This document shows positions 59,021-64,000 of a DNA stretch of 64,000 nucleotides, piece after piece. How positions within the stretch are numbered: the stretch's first letter is position 1; each line of letters starts with the position of its first letter. The notes below the pieces were generated by a model, which searched no databases, was not told where the DNA came from, and saw only the letters and a program-made list of their open reading frames with translations. Made by a program: the position numbers and the translations under genes. This DNA is from an uncultured virus (IMG/VR IMGVR_UViG_3300027582_000004) (Duplodnaviria; Heunggongvirae; Uroviricota; Caudoviricetes): the IMG/VR virus record IMGVR_UViG_3300027582_000004; one strand, written 5' to 3'.

Positions 59021-59159
59021 GTCGGCAGCAGATCGTCTCATGGAAGGTGCTTGTGAATATCACGGCATCTCTATGAAAGAACTGCACCAACGGATTACTG
59101 TTGGTGGAGAAAATCTAATGCATCAATATTATTTGTGGGCATTCCCAGATGGCTGGTAA
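59010..59159 (+). CDS. Small hypothetical protein, 49 aa (not in ORF track)
   Basis: AAGGAG RBS; fills the gap and overlaps both neighbours. Confidence 0.5.
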   Translation: MSTKSAADRLMEGACEYHGISMKELHQRITVGGENLMHQYYLWAFPDGW

Positions 59160-59583
59160 GAAAACTGGTATCACAGCATCTACATTTGATTTACTTCACG
59201 CAGGGCATGTTGCTATGCTCCGTGAGGCTAAATCTCAATGTGATTATCTAATCTGTTGTTTACAGATTGATCCTTCTGCAGATAGAAAAGAAAAGAATGC
59301 ACCAATTCAAACTGTTGTTGAAAGATATACACAACTTGCAGCTGTTAGATATGTTGATGAGATTATTGTATATGCGTCTGAACAGGACTTACTAGATATA
59401 TTGCAAATGTATCCAATTGATGTTCGCATCCTTGGTGACGAATATAAAGAAAAAGATTTTACTGGTAAAGATATATGTCGACAACTCGGCATTGATTTAT
59501 ACTTTAACAGCAGAAATCATCGGTTCTCAAGTACAGACTTGAGGACTCGCGTATGTGAAAATAAAGGAAAGAAATCTACATGA
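59149..59583 (+). CDS. Cytidylyltransferase (TagD/glycerol-3-phosphate CT-like)
   Basis: TFDLLHAGH; RYVDEII; FSST. Confidence 0.85.
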   Translation: MAGKKTGITASTFDLLHAGHVAMLREAKSQCDYLICCLQIDPSADRKEKNAPIQTVVERYTQLAAVRYVDEIIVYASEQDLLDILQMYPIDVRILGDEYKEKDFTGKDICRQLGIDLYFNSRNHRFSSTDLRTRVCENKGKKST

Positions 59584-60617
59584 GTATAATGGACAAACTC
59601 AAGAAGAATAGTAAACTGAAAAACACTGAGGTGCTATCAGAATCAAGTTTCTTCAACAGTAAAGAAATGGTACCGACTTCGGTTCCCATGGTTAACGTAG
59701 CCTTATCTGGCTCAATGGATGGTGGCTTGGCTCCTGGTCTTACAGTATTAGCTGGACCATCCAAACACTTTAAGACATCATTTGCTTTACTTATGGCTGG
59801 TGCTTATCTTGAAGCACATAAAGATGCAGTAATGCTATTCTACGATTCAGAGTTTGGTTCACCTCAAGCATACTTCCAACAATTTGGTATTGATACCTCA
59901 CGTGTACTGCATACACCTATTACCAATGTAGAAGAATTAAAGTTTGATCTTATCTCTCAACTTGAAGGTATTAATAAGAAAGATAAAGTAATTGTTGTTA
60001 TAGATTCAATTGGCAACCTAGCATCTAAGAAAGAAATGGATGATGCTATTAATGAGAAGTCTGTTGCAGATATGTCTCGTGCTAAACAGCTAAAGAGTTT
60101 GTTCCGTATGTGTACACCATATCTGGCTATGAAAGATATTTCTATGCTTGCTGTTAACCACATCTACCTAGAGCAAGGCTTATTCCCTAAAGCTATTGTA
60201 TCTGGTGGTACTGGCATCTATTACTCAGCTAATGATATTTGGATTATTGGTCGCCGTCAGAATAAGACTGGCACAGAGGTTACTGGTTATGACTTTGTTA
60301 TTAATGTTGAGAAGTCTCGGTCTGTTAAAGAGAAATCAAAAATCCCTATCTCAGTATCGTGGGAAGGTGGCGTAGAACAATATTCTGGTTTGTTAGAAGT
60401 TGCTCTTGCTGGTGGCTTTGCTCAGAAACCAAGTAATGGTTGGTATGAAGGTGTTAATCCAGCAACTGGTGAAATTCTTACTAAGAAATCACGTATGGCA
60501 GATACACTTCAACCAGAGTTTTGGTCACGTATTTTAGGCGAGACAACCTTTAAAGAGTTTGTCAAACATCAATTTACTATTGGATACAAAGCGGAGGTAG
60601 AATTAGATGTTGAGTGA
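59580..60617 (+). CDS. uvsX: RecA-like recombinase UvsX
   Basis: AGPSKHFKT; FYDSEFG; IDSIGNLAS; SGGTG..YSA. Confidence 0.93.
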   Translation: MSIMDKLKKNSKLKNTEVLSESSFFNSKEMVPTSVPMVNVALSGSMDGGLAPGLTVLAGPSKHFKTSFALLMAGAYLEAHKDAVMLFYDSEFGSPQAYFQQFGIDTSRVLHTPITNVEELKFDLISQLEGINKKDKVIVVIDSIGNLASKKEMDDAINEKSVADMSRAKQLKSLFRMCTPYLAMKDISMLAVNHIYLEQGLFPKAIVSGGTGIYYSANDIWIIGRRQNKTGTEVTGYDFVINVEKSRSVKEKSKIPISVSWEGGVEQYSGLLEVALAGGFAQKPSNGWYEGVNPATGEILTKKSRMADTLQPEFWSRILGETTFKEFVKHQFTIGYKAEVELDVE

Positions 60618-60897
60618 GAATACAGATTTTGAATTAATCCCAGGAGATGATGATGCTTGGGCAGTCCGTATTCTTAAAGGCGAGTTTATTGAAACTTGTA
60701 TTGCATTTGGAGAAATTAAAGTTGATGGCACAGATAAAGATCCTCTGATGTCATTTAACTTTGGTGTAATTGAAAGCCCTGACGAAGACCTTGATAGTTC
60801 AAATAATGCTTTACAAACTCTCGCTGGTGATATATTATACTCAATAATGCTTAACGCTATAGAAAAAGATGAACTAATCACAAGGGAAAGTAAATGA
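60607..60897 (+). CDS. Hypothetical protein at the gp40 position
   Basis: Lies between uvsX and gp41, as gp40 does in T4. Confidence 0.5.
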   Translation: MLSENTDFELIPGDDDAWAVRILKGEFIETCIAFGEIKVDGTDKDPLMSFNFGVIESPDEDLDSSNNALQTLAGDILYSIMLNAIEKDELITRESK

Positions 60898-62258
60898 ATA
60901 TTGAACAGGTTATCCTTCGCAATCTTTTGGTTGATGAAAAGTATATGCGTAAAGTATTGCCTTTTGTTCAACCAGAATACTTTGAAGGTGTCTACAAAAA
61001 TCTATTTAAACAGGTTGGTAAGTTTGTTGCAAAGTATAACAAACTGCCAACTCTGGAATCTTTTAAGATTGAACTAGATGAAGCAGATGGTTTCTCAGAT
61101 GAGCACTACAGACATGCAGTAGAAATTCTACCAGAAATTTTCAAAGAAGAAGAAATTGACCAAGAATGGTTAGTTGATAAGACTGAGAAGTGGTGCCAAG
61201 ATAGGGCTGTACATAATGCAATTATGGAATCCATTACAATTATTGATGGTAAACACCCATCTTTATCAAAGAACGCCCTACCTGACTTGCTCACAAAGGC
61301 TCTGGGTGTCACCTTCGATACACAAATCGGTCATGACTATATTGAAGATTTCCAAAAACGGTTTGACTTCTATCATACAGAAGAAGAAAAAGTGCCATTT
61401 GATCTGGAAATGTTTAATAAGATTACCAAGGGTGGCTTGCCTAACAAGTCTCTTAATATTGCACTAGCTGGTACTGGTGTTGGTAAGTCTTTGTTTATGT
61501 GTCACATGGCAGCTGCAGCTATGGAGATAGGCAAGAATGTATTGTATATCACTATGGAGATGTCAGAAGAAAAGATTGCCGAACGTATAGATGCAAATAT
61601 TCTTAACATACCAATTGATCAACTTGATACTTTATCTCAATCAATGTATGCTGAAAAGATTGCCAAGGTTAAAAAATCTACCAATGGTAAACTAATCGTA
61701 AAAGAATATCCAACTGGTTCAGCCAATGCATCACACTTCAGGGCACTACTCAATGAACTTAAACTAAAGAAAAAGTTTGTACCACAGATGATCTTTATTG
61801 ATTATCTAAATATCTGTTCTAGTGCCAGAATGAAAGCCATGGGAGGATCAATTAATTCTTATACATATATTAAAGCCATTGCAGAAGAAATGCGTGGGCT
61901 TGCAGTCGAGTTCAACGTACCGATTGTCTCTGCAACACAGACGACGAGGTCTGGTTTTGGTAACTCAGATGTTGGGCTTGAAGACACGAGTGAGTCTTTT
62001 GGATTACCCGCTACAGCAGACTTAATGTTTGCACTTATATCAACAGAAGAACTAGAACAGCAAGGGCAACTATTAGTTAAACAATTAAAGAATAGATATA
62101 ATGATCCAACTTCTAATAAGAGATTTGTTGTTGGTATTGATAGAGCAAAGATGCGCTTGGTAGATGTAGATAATTCAACCGAGGGTCTTGTACAAGATGT
62201 GCCAGTGTTTGACAACTCTAAAGCACAAGACAAATTTAACAACTTTAAAATGGATTAA
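60894..62258 (+). CDS. gp41: Replicative helicase gp41
   Basis: AGTGVGKS; IDYLNI; SATQTTR; ESFGLPATAD; KQLKNRY. Confidence 0.95.
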   Translation: MNIEQVILRNLLVDEKYMRKVLPFVQPEYFEGVYKNLFKQVGKFVAKYNKLPTLESFKIELDEADGFSDEHYRHAVEILPEIFKEEEIDQEWLVDKTEKWCQDRAVHNAIMESITIIDGKHPSLSKNALPDLLTKALGVTFDTQIGHDYIEDFQKRFDFYHTEEEKVPFDLEMFNKITKGGLPNKSLNIALAGTGVGKSLFMCHMAAAAMEIGKNVLYITMEMSEEKIAERIDANILNIPIDQLDTLSQSMYAEKIAKVKKSTNGKLIVKEYPTGSANASHFRALLNELKLKKKFVPQMIFIDYLNICSSARMKAMGGSINSYTYIKAIAEEMRGLAVEFNVPIVSATQTTRSGFGNSDVGLEDTSESFGLPATADLMFALISTEELEQQGQLLVKQLKNRYNDPTSNKRFVVGIDRAKMRLVDVDNSTEGLVQDVPVFDNSKAQDKFNNFKMD

Positions 62259-62261
62259 TAA

Positions 62262-62924
62262 ATGCAAGTAAAAATTGTAGGCTACACTCAACCACCTGAA
62301 GGCGCTTTTATTGGATTAGATAATGTACAAGACATTATTGCATATTGTGCAAGAGTATCTAACCCTAGTAATCAAATTAATCAAGAGACTGCACCTAAAT
62401 TACTTGCTTATCTTTCTAAACATAAACACTGGTCTCCCTTTGAAATGGCATCTGCTACCTTAGAAGTAGAAACGACACGTGATATTGCACGTCAGCTATT
62501 ACGACATCGTTCTTTCTCTTTCCAAGAGTTTTCTCAAAGATATGCAGATCCAAGGGATATGGAAAATACATTTGTATTGCGTGAAGCCCGTCTGCAAGAT
62601 CCTAAGAATCGTCAGAATAGTGTTGATGTAGATGATCGTGAACTAGAAACTCTGTGGCAGATTAAACAACAGATGGTTATTAATGCATCTAAGGAAGCAT
62701 ATGCTTGGGCTATTGATAATGGTATTGCTAAAGAGCAAGCCAGAGCAGTCTTGCCAGAGGGTAATACAATTAGCCGTTTATATGTTAACGGAACTATTCG
62801 TAGCTGGATCCATTATGCTGAACTAAGATCATCTAATGGTACTCAAAAAGAACACATGGAATTGGCTATTGCCATTGCCGAAGCTATCTCTAAAATTTAT
62901 CAACCAATAAAGGAGTATGTTTAA
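62262..62924 (+). CDS. thyX: Flavin-dependent thymidylate synthase
   Basis: HWSPFE; RHRSFSFQEFSQRY; ARAVLP. Confidence 0.93.
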   Translation: MQVKIVGYTQPPEGAFIGLDNVQDIIAYCARVSNPSNQINQETAPKLLAYLSKHKHWSPFEMASATLEVETTRDIARQLLRHRSFSFQEFSQRYADPRDMENTFVLREARLQDPKNRQNSVDVDDRELETLWQIKQQMVINASKEAYAWAIDNGIAKEQARAVLPEGNTISRLYVNGTIRSWIHYAELRSSNGTQKEHMELAIAIAEAISKIYQPIKEYV

Positions 62925-63136
62925 TGGGTCGTAAACTAAGCACTTGGGAAGCACCACCAGGCAGAGGTCATTGTGAAGTGCATTTTGATTATAAAGAAGA
63001 ATATGCATATATCAAATACTTTGATGCAAATGGTAAGCAATTCTTTATTGAAGAGTTCCCTAATAAGGCTATTGGTTATGTCGAAGATGCTGCAGAGAAT
63101 TGGACCCTTGGTATTAAGAAACTAACCAATATGTAG
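62924..63136 (+). CDS. Hypothetical protein, 70 aa
   Basis: AAGGAG RBS; TAATG coupling; YVEDAAENW.LG. Confidence 0.65.
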   Translation: MGRKLSTWEAPPGRGHCEVHFDYKEEYAYIKYFDANGKQFFIEEFPNKAIGYVEDAAENWTLGIKKLTNM

Positions 63137-63165
63137 TAAATATGTAACACTATTAGTTATTTTAT

Positions 63166-63257
63166 AAAAAAATTAAAAAAAGTTAAAAAAACACTTTACA
63201 TCTGTATTTGGATATGGTATAAGAGTTATAGAAACAATAATTAAGGATTATAAAATG
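63166..63257 (+). promoter_or_regulatory. Early promoter cassette, copy 2
   Basis: A-tract; TTTACA 63195-63200; N17; TATAAG 63218-63223; AAGGA RBS. Confidence 0.75.
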
Positions 63258-63476
63258 ACAAATGTATATACAGTTTACGGAAATGATGACGGCGTAATAG
63301 GTGTTTACGGTAGCTGGAAAAAAGCTACTGTTGCTGCAATGGATTACTGTGGTGATAATGCAGTTGAAGATCGTACTGATTACTCAATGGGTGATGACAA
63401 AGATCGCCGTTGGGATACTAGGTTCTTTGACGGTGATTCATCAGGTGCTAGTATATCTCGTTGGTTTGTAGAATAA
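63255..63476 (+). CDS. Hypothetical early protein, 73 aa
   Basis: Directly follows the promoter cassette. Confidence 0.65.
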   Translation: MTNVYTVYGNDDGVIGVYGSWKKATVAAMDYCGDNAVEDRTDYSMGDDKDRRWDTRFFDGDSSGASISRWFVE

Positions 63477-63480
63477 GGTT

Positions 63481-63933
63481 ATGAAAAATATGCTATCAAC
63501 ATCTATGAGTGTATTGTGCTTATTTGGCATTGTGTCTTGCTATAGTGTTCTTAATCATGAACAAACTACAGAAGCACAATGCATGGCATTAAATATATAC
63601 CATGAAGCCAGAGGAGAAAGTATTGAAGGGCAATATGCAATTGCTCACGTTACTTTAAACCGAGTTGCTTCAACTAGATGGCCTGATAGCATATGTGATG
63701 TTGTATATCAACCTTACCAATTCAGCTGGACGCATCAGATCCGAGATCAGAAACCTAGAGGTAATGCTTGGGCAGTTGCTAAACAAGCGGCAGCTCTTGT
63801 TCTATCTGGTGAACATAAAGATAATACTGGTGGAGCCGACCACTACCATGCAGACTATGTTAATCCTTACTGGTCTAAAGACATGGATTTGACTACTACT
63901 ATCGGCACACATTTATTCTATAAGGCAAGATAA
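63481..63933 (+). CDS. Cell wall hydrolase (SleB/Hydrolase_2 family)
   Basis: CMALNIYHEARGE; V.LNRV; QFSW; GADHYHADYV.PYW; IG.H.FY; N-terminal hydrophobic segment. Confidence 0.88.
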   Translation: MKNMLSTSMSVLCLFGIVSCYSVLNHEQTTEAQCMALNIYHEARGESIEGQYAIAHVTLNRVASTRWPDSICDVVYQPYQFSWTHQIRDQKPRGNAWAVAKQAAALVLSGEHKDNTGGADHYHADYVNPYWSKDMDLTTTIGTHLFYKAR

Positions 63934-64000
63934 TGAAAGATATTGATTATAAATTTAATGAAGGTAATCTAATTGCCGAGTTTAAGAAATACATTGATTC
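63933..64000 (+). CDS. 5' end of next gene (partial)
   Basis: TAATG-coupled ATG; MKDIDYKFNEGNLIAEFKKYID runs off the window. Confidence 0.55.
   Translation, partial: MKDIDYKFNEGNLIAEFKKYID

Noticed and set aside
29529..62258. Introns or inteins in gp17, gp43, uvsX or gp41
   Set aside because: All are uninterrupted and of ordinary length; no splice-junction or homing-endonuclease motifs seen.
1..64000. tRNA/rRNA genes, integrase, transposase, photosynthesis genes
   Set aside because: None recognised by eye and intergenic gaps are short; a tRNAscan-SE or Infernal run would be needed to exclude small RNAs.

Overview
This 64-kb window is part of an AT-rich T4-like myovirus genome, probably marine and probably infecting an alphaproteobacterium (DUF1127 gene, ROSE-like hsp20 leader, no photosynthesis genes in the window). 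Layout: (1) 1-9850, virion fibre genes, two with proline-free, Lys-rich collagen repeats; (2) 9850-26692, a ~17-kb post-translational-modification island; (3) 26733-39270, the T4 core morphogenesis block gp13-gp23 plus gp3; (4) 39299-64000, recombination, replication and regulation genes (uvsY, uvsW, gp55, gp47, gp46, gp45, gp44, gp62, regA, hsp20, gp43, uvsX, gp41, thyX) mixed with sugar-nucleotide/glycosyltransferase genes and early-promoter cassettes. The island is the main finding. It holds two paralogous putative precursor proteins ending in (CHxS)3-RGRR, translationally coupled to a fibre gene and followed by ten radical SAM enzymes in two convergent arrays, plus accessory ORFs and two 2OG/JmjC oxygenases. 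This resembles a His-Xaa-Ser-type RiPP or protein-crosslinking system built into a virion operon. The island ends with a GT25 + PLOD-type glycosyltransferase + lysyl-hydroxylase fusion whose likely substrates, the Gly-X-Lys collagen fibres, are encoded in the same window. All family assignments come from motifs and synteny recognised by eye; no database search was run.
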